The notes under the pieces were generated by a model, which searched no databases, was not told the origin of the DNA, and saw only the letters and a list, made by a program, of their open reading frames with translations. A program made the position numbers and the translations under genes. Shown piece by piece: positions 24,801 through 35,258 of a stretch of DNA of 64,000 nt. The DNA lies in NCBI RefSeq assembly GCF_044704955.1, contig NC_091989.1:85684001-85748000 (forward strand), in the 5' to 3' direction. The number at the start of each line of letters is the position of its first letter. Position 1 is the first letter of the stretch. The stretch is from Pristiophorus japonicus (Eukaryota).

Positions 24801-25035
24801 CCATTTTAGAATGACATGATGAGAAATGTTTTGCATTCAGAGTGTTTTAAATGTTTGGAATTATCTACTACATGATCATTCGTTGAGTATATTCAACATT
24901 GAGATGGGTATTCATTTCATACTAAAAGAATCAAATGATATGTGGATCGGGTGGAAAAGTGAAGTTGATATTGGATGCTGGAGCAGGCAAGATGTTTCGT
25001 GGGGCTACTTGTGCTGTTATTTCTTATGTTATTAT
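21860..25035. mobile_element. Plus-strand CR1 fragment (21860-22395 and 24621-25035) split by a minus-strand CR1 (22399-24620)
   Basis: RT remnants on both strands (minus: MDVVYLDFQDAFDK, EYRSREVLQQLYRVLVRPHLE); the plus-strand sequence resumes at GATTCACAAGATTGATTC. Confidence 0.85.
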
Positions 25036-26503
25036 TATGTTTCTTGGAATATCTTTGTTATGCAATTTATTTTTAACAATCAGAATTAACAAAATGTGAA
25101 TACATATGTTTGCGGATGCCTAAACCATATGAAGAGGACAGTGAAAATAGCTGCCACAAATATCGAGCAATATCTGTTGATTGAATTCAGTTTTCCGGAC
25201 ATTTTTTTGAATCTGGCGCCAAATTGAAAGAACGTTCGGCATTCAGCAACAGTGATGCTGGCTAAGCAGCCAATCACAGTCAATAATTCTCGCAGCCAGC
25301 AAACCAGGAAGTAAAATGCACAGGTGACAACTTACTTGCTACAAATTTTAACGAAAGTATAATGAAGGTTCGGACAACCACATAGGATGAGGGTAGAAGC
25401 TAAACTAACATAAACAAACTATTTTAGAAATATATTATGTTTACAGCAATGTAATTCTTATAATATTAATGGAAAAAGTGACTTTCGCCAAATATATATC
25501 AATAGTTTTTTAGGGCAATGACAGTTATTCAGCAGTCAATAAGCTGATAAAAATACAATTGTACTTCTATCACTCAGGATTTATTTTGAGCGGAAATGTG
25601 TTAATATTGCGTAATGGAGGACATTTCGCCAGGAACTGTAAATTGAATTGAATTCTATCTCTGGGAATTTCGACAGTGCAAACTTTCAAGAGCAATAATT
25701 GATTGTCTGAAACTTCCAGATTTCCACCACTATTAGCACATGTTATGAGTCTAAAGGTTTCTGACACTTTCTGAGGCGTAATGACAGCAAAAGCTGAGAG
25801 TTTCGCCATCATTACATCAATAAAATCAGGGCCGTAATGTTTCCTTATTGCTACTGGCCTACGTCGATCTACTCTGTTGCATTTCCAGTGCAACATAATA
25901 AAAAGAGAAATCCAGTGTATGTGCATTCACCATGCGCGTGACCCTGATGCTGACTGCTAATCTGCATAATAAAATAAAAAATACTTCGGGCCACATTACG
26001 GGTATATAGTAGGTAGGTAGCTGGAGTAACTATGGCTAGCATAATGGTGGTTGTGGAACCGTACTTCGGAAAGTAGTAAGTTTACATTTCGTCCTATCGA
26101 TTTCTCGATCACAGTGAGTCCTAACTCCACGTGGTCCCACTGGAAACAATACGACATTGTTAGCGGAAATACTGCTCAAATCATTGAAAACTGTTAGGGT
26201 GATCTGTGCAGATCAAGTTCCCTGCTGACTGAGGGAAACACTTTCTAGAAAAAAAATTGAACAACCCCTCGAGGGTTATCTATATCATTTGAGACAAAGC
26301 CCGGGAGCACAACGACTTCGCCATTATTTGCATACAGTCAGTTGTAAAAGCTAAGAGTCTGCTAGCTCCACTCCTGCCAGACTAGCACTAAAATCCTCAT
26401 ACATCCAAAGCAATGAGGAAAATTTTATAAAACCTTTTCTAGTGCCCAGCAGCATATCAATTACGGTCGATTGAACCCAAATGTGCCTATATTTTGTTGC
26501 TAG

Positions 26504-26815
26504 TTGCTGTGGGCACTTCGTGCAAGGAATCTATGGATATTGTAGAAGTGAAGATGGTCAGAGGTACAAACTTTACCTTCCGATGTTCTGTGCCCTTCGA
26601 TCCCGATCATGCAAACATAATCGTTTACTGGTGCAGAGCTCAGAACAAGATCTTCCTGCAAGAAGACAGTAGAAAACTATTCAATGTAAAGAAAGGCAGT
26701 GGCTACAGTCGCCTCCGGAATGTGACTGTCCCAGATTCCGGCATCAATTGCTTTGTAGCAAAATATCTGCAGCAAACGATTGGGAAAGCAACATGTGTGC
26801 AACTTGTTGTCAATG
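26504..26815 (+). CDS. Ig V-set exon, receptor copy 2
   Basis: gctag|TT...AAT G|gtcagt, 312 nt, open; GTNFTFRCSVP...VYWCR...LRNVTVPDSGINCF...GKATCVQLVVN. No leader exon was found upstream. Confidence 0.85.
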
Positions 26816-27540
26816 GTCAGTGTCCATGCAATCAGAAATGTGAACAGTTTTGTTGCTGCCAATATTCAAATTGGGTTTAGCAACGGCTTTCAATAAATAA
26901 ATGGCTTGTGTGTAAAATAGTACTGCTTTCTATTTGTCCAGAAGGATGTGTGTTCAACAATATGGGAAGTATCCAGTACCATCGTCGATACAGAACGTGT
27001 CAAGTGACCTATATCAGCAATTATTATTTGGTTCTATCTTATCAATGCTAATGAATTCAAGGCTGGGAACTAAAACAATTTTTCACTTTGAGCACTAAGT
27101 GGCAGAAGCATGAATCGTGGTGTTATTCGCAACATTATACATGTTTATGTGTCCTTTATCTAATTGGAAGAGCAAGTTTCCGATTCCCGTCGTTTAGAGA
27201 GGACATCCCATTTCTGCGATCCAAATACAATTCTTGAATGACAATAAGGTGGAACTGGCAGAAATCTTAGGAAAACTCAAGTGCCCTAGTCCAGAAAAAT
27301 ATTCGAACTCGATCGTTTCTCTCCAGAAGAAAAAATCTTCTCAGTGTAAGAACAGATCCATTGCGGTGCTGTTGCAGCAAATAAATGCTTCGAAAACATT
27401 AGCCTCACGAAAAAGATGTTGTAAATCAATGTTGCTAAATATAACAGTAATAAGTCAGTACTGTGGGGGTAAAATCTAGCTACAGTGAAGAAGGAACTAG
27501 ATAGGGCTCCAGTCACGTTAAATAATGATAATCAAAAAAA

Positions 27541-28482
27541 CTCTTTTTGGGGGGAACAAAATAAACATTAGATCAAGTGGCCCCTCCGGATCTGGGGGAC
27601 ACTACAGACCCTTTTAACTGCATTCTTTTAAAAAAAATATATATATATTTTTTGGGGGGGGTTTTTTGTGTTATTTTTGTGATTTTTTTGGGGCGTTCAA
27701 ATCATATATTTTACAAGTGCCCCTTATAAAAGGGGAGGGGGACACTAAAACCAGACAATAAAGAAAATTAAACTTTAAAACATATAAAATCAATTTAAAT
27801 TTGGTTGCCGGGGGTAATAATGCACTCCAGTCCCTCCCGTGCCCAACTCTCATGGAAGGCCGCAAGTGTGCCGGTGGACACCACGTGCTCCATTACCAAA
27901 GGCTCAAGTTGTGAGGCGCCGGCTCCTGAGGGAGGTTCCGGGGTTTGGCGCCGATGAGGAATTCCGTCCGGACAGGGGTCAGTTCGGACGGGATCTCCCC
28001 ACGTGCTTGAGACTCCTCGACACATCTAATGGAGTCAGGGCCCAGAGCTGTTTTTAGCGACTCGATGGCATCGGCCGCGCAGCGGACGTCGGCCGAATTT
28101 AGACACCGTGCCAGCGTGTCTGGCACCATCCAGCCTGCTCCTCCCCATCGAGCAGGTCCCTAACCCTGGTCACCTCACCAGCCACAGCCCTATCGTCCGA
28201 CTGCCACCTAAAACCTCGGTCGTGGAGGTACGGATTCCCGAGCAGCGCTCCTGCAGGACAGCCGCCACTCCAGCCGGTGGAGAGCTGCTCTTGGTGGAGA
28301 CTTTGTTCCAGACCCTGATGAGTTCCTGGTAAAAGACAGGCAGCCCCTGGACGCTGGTCCTGACTCCAAAAGTCTACTGCACCTGGTATTCCCAGGCAGT
28401 TTACCATCCAAGTACTAACCAGGCCTGACTCAGTTTAGCTTCTGACGAGATTGGGCTTTTTCAGACTAGTGTGGTCGTAGGC
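27541..28482 (-). mobile_element. 5S-headed Tx1-derived element with an internal deletion
   Basis: 5S at 28370-28482 fused at GACTTTTGG to ORF2 sequence; internal jump near 27895; flanked by TGATAATCAAAAAAA and TGAATATCAATACAA. Confidence 0.88.
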
Positions 28483-28497
28483 TGAATATCAATACAA

Positions 28498-28844
28498 CTC
28501 TTTTGGGGTGGAACAAAATCAACATTAGATCAAGTGCCCCCAGCCCCCGATCTTCTTGGGGACACTCCAGACACTTTTAGCTGCCCTCTTTTTTTTATAT
28601 TGCTTATTTTTTTTGTTCTTTTTGTATTTTTTTTTGATGTTTTGGGGGGGCATTAAAATACAATATTTTACGAGTGCCCCCTATAAAAGGGGAGGGGGAC
28701 AATAAAAACCCGGCAATTAAAACAAATTAAACTTTAAAACATGTAAAATCAAATTAAAATTTGATTGCCGGGTGTGATAATGCACTCCAGTCCCTCCGGC
28801 ACCCACCTCTCGCAGAAGGCCGCGAGCGTACCGATGGACACCGC
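28498..28844 (-). mobile_element. Tx1 3' fragment
   Basis: Same 3' UTR and ORF2 end; followed by target copy GATTATCAATACAA at 28845-28858. Confidence 0.85.
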
Positions 28845-28964
28845 GATTATCAATACAACTATGACGGCCCGAAACAGCTGTTGTTTATTTTAAGAAATTA
28901 AAGAATGGATACCGTACATGTCAGATGTTTTCATTTATCTGAATTGCGTTCTTTACCCAAACAG

Positions 28965-29270
28965 CTACCCCTGCTCTGCTGAAAATTGTATCCATTGCAT
29001 CCGAAGGTGCTTCATCCGTTTATTTGAGACTCCAGTGCAGAACAGTCGCGTTTTACCCGAAAGACTTTAAACTCACCTGGCATAAAATTGATACCGCAAT
29101 GCGGATTGGATTTAGAAATAAACAGCAGGAAAAGACAGAAAGACTCTATGAAGTTATCAGCTCCTTCGGGGAGACACAGTCAATTATGTCCATCACAGTT
29201 TACACCACTCATGTGCATCACTTTTCTAATTCAATTCCAACAAATGCCAGCTACACCGTTGATAACGAAG
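28965..29270 (+). CDS. C1 exon 'a', copy 2 (open; F-strand Cys replaced by Thr)
   Basis: aacag|CT...GAA G|gtaata, 306 nt; LQCRTVAFYPKDFKLTW...VYTTHVHH. Confidence 0.82.
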
Positions 29271-29437
29271 GTAATATGATATCATACATGGTATTTTAAT
29301 CAATATTCCATCGTGCGATGCTTATTTCGTCAGATGAGAATTAAGTTTGATACAGGCAACCGAGCCAATATTGGACACCAGTCATCAGCAGAGCTTACAT
29401 TATTCAGATCAACTGGCATAAAATTGCAAGCTTACAA

Positions 29438-30926
29438 CTCTTTTAAAGAGACAAAATTAAACATTAAATTCATTGCCCCCTGATCTGGGAGACATTCTAA
29501 ACACTTTTCACATGCCCTTTTTTTTTGTGATTTTTGTGGGGTTTTTTGGGCAGTAATACAAGATATATATATACAAGTTCCCCCTCTAAAAGGGGAGGGG
29601 ACACTAAAACCCGGCAATTAAAACAAATTAAACTTTAAAACATATAAAGTCAAATTAAAATTCGGTTGCCGGGGATGACGATACACTCCAGTTCCTCCGG
29701 TGCCCACGTCTCGCAGAAGGCCGCAAGTCTACCGGTGGACACTGCATGCTCCATCTCCAAGGACACCCTGGCCCGGATGTAGGCGCGGAAGAGAGGCAGG
29801 CAGTCGGGCTGAAAAACCTCCTCGACCGCCGCTGCCTGGACCGGCTGATGGCACCCTTGGCCGGGCCCAGGAGCAGTCCTACGAGGAGGCCCTCGGACCT
29901 ACCCGCTCCCCTCCGCACAGGGTGCCCAAAGATCAGGAGAGTGGGACTGAAGTGCAGCCAGAATTTCAGGAGCAGCCCCTTCAAATAATGGAACAGGGGT
30001 TGCAACCTCGTGCATTGAATTAAAACATGGAACATGGTCTCTTACAGACCGCAGAAATTGCAGGCGGCCTGGGAGCCCATGAAACGGCTTAAAAATGTAT
30101 TGCACGGGACTGCTCCGTGCACCATCCTCCAGGCCAATTCCCAGATAAATAGTGGGAGGACTCCCATGTAGAGTGCACACCATCAAGGACACCCACCTCC
30201 TCCAGATGGCAAGATGGTACACCATGGCGTGTCTGGACGGCAGACGAGGAAGGCAAGGTTGAGAGTGTGCAGGAGCAGCCCGTACAGGAAACCCCTCCGT
30301 GCAGAACTGAAAGGCACGGAGGGGATTTCCCCGATGCGGCTCAAGTTGTGAGGCGCTGCCTTCTGAGGGAGATTACGGGGTTTGGCGCCGATGAGGAATT
30401 CCGTGCGGATGGGTGTCAGTTCTGACGCGATCTCCCCACGTGCTTGAGCCTCCTCGACACACCTAATGAAGTCAGGGCCCAGAGCTGTTTTTAGCGACTC
30501 AATGGCATCGCCACGCGACGGACGTCGGACGAATTTAGGTGCCAAGCCAGCATGTCTGGCGCCATCCAGCCCGCTCCTCCCCCATCGAGCAGGTCCCTGA
30601 CCCTGGTCACCTCACCAGCCACAGCCCTCTCGTCCGACTGCCACCTAAAACCTCGGTCGTGGAGGTACGGATTCCCGAGCAGTGCTCCTGCAGGACAGCC
30701 GCCACTCCAGCCGGTGGAGAGCTGCGCTTGGTGGAGACTTTGATCCAGACCCTGATGAGTTCCTGGTAAAAGATAGGCAGCCCCTGGACGGTGGGCCTGA
30801 CGCCAAAAGTCTACTGCACCTTGTATTCCCAGGCAGTCTCCCATTCAAGTACTAACTAGGCCTGAGTCTTTTTAGTTTCCGAGATCAGACGAGATTAAGC
30901 TTATTCAGACTAGTGTGGCCGTAGGC
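29438..30926 (-). mobile_element. Full-length (~1.49 kb) 5S-headed Tx1-derived element
   Basis: 5S 30807-30926, then Tx1 ORF2 C-terminal sequence (MFHVLIQCTRLQPLF.., with frameshifts), then 3' UTR ending AAAAGAG. Confidence 0.9.
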
Positions 30927-30941
30927 TGCTTATCAATACAA

Positions 30942-31640
30942 CTCTTTTGGGGGGGGGGACAAAATAAACGTTAGATAAAGTGCCCCCCGATCTGGGGGGA
31001 CAATACAGACACTTAACTGCCCCTTTTTTTCCTTTTTTTTTGTGATTTGTTTTTTTGGGGCATTAAAACTTTATATTTAACAAGTGCCCCTTATAAAAGG
31101 AGAGCGGCCACTAAAAAATCCGGCAATAAAACAAATTAAACTTTAAAACATATAAAATCAAATTAAAATTTGGTTGCCGGGGGTGATGATGCACTCCAGT
31201 CCCTCCGGTGCCCACCTCTCGTGGTAGGCCGCGAGCTTACCAGTGGACACCGTGTGCTCCATCTCTAGGGACACCCTGGCCCGGATTTCGGCGCGGAAGA
31301 GAGGCAGGCAGTCAGGCTGAAAGACCCCCTCGACCGGCCGCTGCCTGGACCGGCTGATGGCCCCCTTGGCCGTGCCCAGGAGCAGTCCTAGGAGGAGGCA
31401 CTCGGACCTACCCGCTCCCCTTTGCACAGGGTGCCCAAAGATCAGGAGTGTGGGACTGAAGTGCAACCAGATATTGAGGAGCAGCCCCTTTAAATAATGG
31501 AACAGGGGCTGCAACCTCGTACATTCAATAAAAACGTGGAACACGGTCCAACAGCTCTACAACTCTTTTTAGGGAACAAAAATAAACATTAGATCGAGTG
31601 CCCCCCAATCTGGGAGACACTCCAGACACTTAACTGCCCC
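30942..31640 (-). mobile_element. Two further 5'-truncated Tx1 3' fragments (30942-31548; 31563-31640)
   Basis: ORF 31158-31544 ends ..ECIITPGNQILI; the small fragment is flanked by CAACAGCTC(T/A)ACAA at 31549-31562 and 31641-31654. Confidence 0.85.
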
Positions 31641-31654
31641 CAACAGCTCAACAA

Positions 31655-33164
31655 CTCTTTTGGGGGGGAGACAAAATAAACATTAAATCAAGTGCCCCCT
31701 AATCTGGGGAACACTCCAGGCACTTTTCAAATGCCCTTTTTTTTTTTTTTTAAACTTTTTTTGGGGGGTTTTTTGTGATTTTTTTGGGGGCATTAAAATC
31801 ATAAAGATTACAAGTGCCCCCTATAAAAGGGGAAGGGACAGTAAAACCGGCATTTAAAATAAATTAGACTTTAAAACAAATAAAATCAAATTAAAATTTG
31901 GTTGCCGGGGGTAATAATGCACTCCAGTCCCTCCGGTGCCCACCTCTCGCGGAAGGCCGCGAGCGTACCAGTGGACACCGCATGCTCCATCTTTAGGGAC
32001 ACCCTGGCCCGGATGTAGTCGCGGAAGAGAGGCAGGCAGTCAGGCTGAACGACCCCCTCGACCGCCCGCTGACTGGACCGGCTGATGGCACCCTTGGCCG
32101 TGCCCAGGAGCAGTCCTATGAGGAGGCCCTCGGACCTACCCACTTCCCTCCGCACAGGGTGCCCAAAGATCAGGAGTGTGGGACTGAAGTGCAACCAGAA
32201 TTTCAGGAGCAGCCCCTTTAAATAGTGAAACAAGGGCTGCAACCTCACACACTGCATAAAAACATGGAACACGGACTCTTCCAGACTGCAGAAATTGCAA
32301 GCGGCCTGGGAGCCCGTGAACCGACTTAAAAATTTATTGCACGGGACTGCTCCGTGCATCACTCTCCAGGCCAAGTCCCCGATAAATAGTGGGAGGACTC
32401 CCGCGTAGAGTGCACTCCATCGGGGACCCCCGCCGCCTCCGGACGGCAAGATGGTACGCCATGGCGTGTCCGGACGGCAGACGAGGAAGGCAAGGTTGAG
32501 AGTGTGCAGGAGCAGCCCGTACAGGAAACCCATCCACGCAGAACTGAAAGGCATGGAGGGGATTTCCCGAGGCAGCTCAAGTTGTGAGGCACCGGCTCCT
32601 GAGGGAAGTTCCGGAGTTTGGCGCTGATGAGGAATTCCGTCCGGATGGGGGTCAGTTCGGACGGGATGTCCCCACGTGCTTGAGCCTCCTCGACACACCT
32701 AACAGAGTCAGGGCCCAGAGCTGTTTTTAGCGACTCGATGGCATCGGCCATGCGGCGGACGTCGGCCGAATTTAGGCACCATGCCAGCATGTCTAACGCT
32801 ATCCAGCCCACTCCACCGCCATCGAGCAGGTCCCTGACCCTGGTCACCTAACCAGCCACAGCCCTCTCGTCCGACTGCCACCTAAAACCTCGGTGTTGGA
32901 GGTACGGCTTCCCGAGCAGCGGCTCCTGCAGGACAGCCGCCACTCCAGCCGATGGAGAGCTGTGCTTGGTAGAGACTTTGTTCCAGACCCTGATGAGTTC
33001 CTGGTAAAAAATAGGCAGCCCCTGGACGGCGGTTCTGACGCCAAAAGTCTACTGCACCTGGTATTCCCAGGCAGTCTCCCATCCAAGTACTAACTAGGCC
33101 TGAGTCTTTTTAGCTTCCGACATCAGACGAGATTGGGCTTTTACAGACTAGTGTGACCGTAGGC
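31655..33164 (-). mobile_element. Full-length (~1.51 kb) 5S-headed Tx1-derived element
   Basis: 5S 33045-33164; ORF2 remnant with WRVMHGAVPC...CNFC..EESVFHVFMQC (CCHC zinc knuckle of L1/Tx1 ORF2); no RT or endonuclease domain. Confidence 0.92.
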
Positions 33165-33275
33165 TGCGTATCAATACAACTATGACGGCTCGAAACATGT
33201 TCATGAAATTAAAGAATGGATACCGTACAGGCCAAATGTTTTCATTTATCTGAATTGCGTTCTTCACCCAATTAG

Positions 33276-33567
33276 CTTCCACTGCACCGCTGAAAATTGT
33301 ATCCATTGTATCCGAAACTGCTTCATCCATTTATTTGAGACTCCCGCATTTTACCCGAAAGAATTTAAACTCACCTGGCATAAAAATGATACCGCAATGT
33401 GGATTGGATTTTGAAATGAACAGCAGAAAAGACAGAAGCATTGTATGAAGTTATCAGCTCCTTCGGGGAGACACAGTCAATTGTGTCGGTCACAGTTTAC
33501 ACCAGTCATATTCATCATGTTTCTAATTCAATTCCAGCAAATGCCAGCTACACCGTTGATAACGAAG
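33276..33567 (+). pseudogene. C1 exon 'b', copy 2 (pseudo-exon)
   Basis: Splice sites retained. A ~13-nt deletion removes the first Cys codon and shifts the frame; TGA at ~33412; second Cys replaced by Ser. Confidence 0.88.
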
Positions 33568-34350
33568 GTAATATGATATCATACATGGTATTTTAATCAA
33601 TATTCCATCGCGCGTTGCTTATTTCGTCAGATGAGAATTAAGTTGTTTACGGGCAACCTCGCCAATAGTGGACACCAGTCATCAGCAGAGTTTACATTAT
33701 TCAGATCAACTGGCATAAAATTGCAAGCTCACAAAGGGAGAGAACGGTAAGCTTGGATGCCAGAAACCAGAACACTTAATGAGGGCTGCAGGTGTGGAGT
33801 AAGGTATATGAAGAACTACACACCTCTAGCCACCAAGCAGATGAGCCCCAGTATCATCAGATGCACAGTGCGGCTCCCTCGAGACTATAACAAATATGCA
33901 ATAATAATTAATTTGTTCACATTTGTAGAAAGATGGAAACAACCTTGGTTACCATTCATTGCAAAGAGAATCTCGAACGAATTTGTAATATAATGTCTTT
34001 CAGAGTTTCTGATATATACTGCTCAGAAGAAATACCCCAAACAAATTTGTTATTTTTCTACATGTCATGACCAGATGAATTCTTATCTAATGCACTTTAC
34101 TTCGGTCAATTAGAAGAGTACAATTTGGTATGCATTTATTCACCATATTTTGCATTGCTGCTAGTTATGCAAACTATTGGGTGGTGCATAATATTTGCTT
34201 CAGGTTTCATACAAAGCCGCTAAATAAAAATATATTGAAATCGGTCGCGTGTGGCACTTTTTCATTCTCATAGTTGCCTATTTGGAAAAATGCGGTACAT
34301 TCGATTTACATTCCACAGTTACTAATTTTGATTTTATAACAATCTGGCAG

Positions 34351-34464
34351 ATTTGGCCTCTACAATCAATGTTGTTCTGATCGCTGGATGTACCGGCGGT
34401 GCGGTTATAATTCCACTGTTGACCATTATGATTGTGATGAGACTTGTATTCCTTACATCCAAAG
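34351..34464 (+). CDS. Transmembrane exon, copy 2
   Basis: ggcag|AT...AAA G|gtatga; (D)LASTINVVLIAGCTGGAVIIPLLTIMIVMRLVFLTSK. Confidence 0.82.
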
Positions 34465-34998
34465 GTATGAGCCATTCCCACATTGATGATTATTGACTTA
34501 CTGACAGCATATTATAAAACAATATTTATGGTAGAAGGGACCGGTATTATTGATACTAAAATAAATACTTTGCATGCACATATAGGCTAAAAGTATTGAT
34601 TGTAGGTAATAACTTTTGGTGTGGAGCTTTCGAATGGCACAAGCTGACTGATGGGTTGATGGGAAAGTATTCTCAAACATTTATCTTGATTCAATTCAAA
34701 TATTAAATCGTAACTTGAACTTAGCAGGCTCGCAGCTGCAGGTTGCTAAACCTTATCGGTGGCGCTCTTGTTCTCTATCAGTGGATATCATGGGTGCAAT
34801 GACGTTTGCATAGTTCCATCACCATGAACATAACACAAATGATGCACGTGGATTTAAAATTCTTGAGATATTTCATGAAACTTTTGGGCCTCTTATAGCC
34901 TGCAGGTAACCGAATTATATTTGACTTGATTGGTCTGATAATGAACCGAAATAGCATGCCGTACTTTGTGATTTAGTATAATTTTATTTTTCCAACAG

Positions 34999-35030
34999 GC
35001 GACAAGAGCAATTTAGTAAAGACTAAAAAT
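34999..35030 (+). pseudogene. First cytoplasmic exon, copy 2; original donor deleted
   Basis: Acceptor intact; 30 nt present in copy 1 (including the GTAATG donor) are missing, between ACT direct repeats. Confidence 0.7.
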
Positions 35031-35258
35031 GTCAGACTTGGCACTCAAATAATTTTGGTTTTAACGATTTTTGAATTTAGTCTTGTTCTATAAAAACACA
35101 TAATTTATACTATAAAGATTGAAATATAGAATAATGATCAAGCATTTAGAAACGCTCACCCCTATTTAAGTAGTTGGATATATTGTTCATTTTAAATTTC
35201 ATTAATTAAACAATTATAATATGTTAAATGAGCAATTCTCGTATTCATGAGGTCAAAC

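Noticed and set aside
26020-26050. GGAGTAACTATGGCT resembling 28S rRNA
   Set aside because: The match is too short and the flanks do not extend it.
26326-26333. Octamer ATTTGCAT upstream of V exon 2 (also 5903-5910)
   Set aside because: Expected by chance in AT-rich 64 kb, not at homologous positions in the two copies, and intronic.
30491-33086. ORFs starting inside 5S (MGDCLGIPGAVDFWRQ..., MDGRLPGNTRCSRLL...) as novel proteins
   Set aside because: They are chance translations of 5S running into off-frame Tx1 sequence and end at different points in each copy.
12497-33164. Functional 5S rDNA array
   Set aside because: The five copies are diverged, lack regular spacers, and sit inside TSD-bounded Tx1 units.
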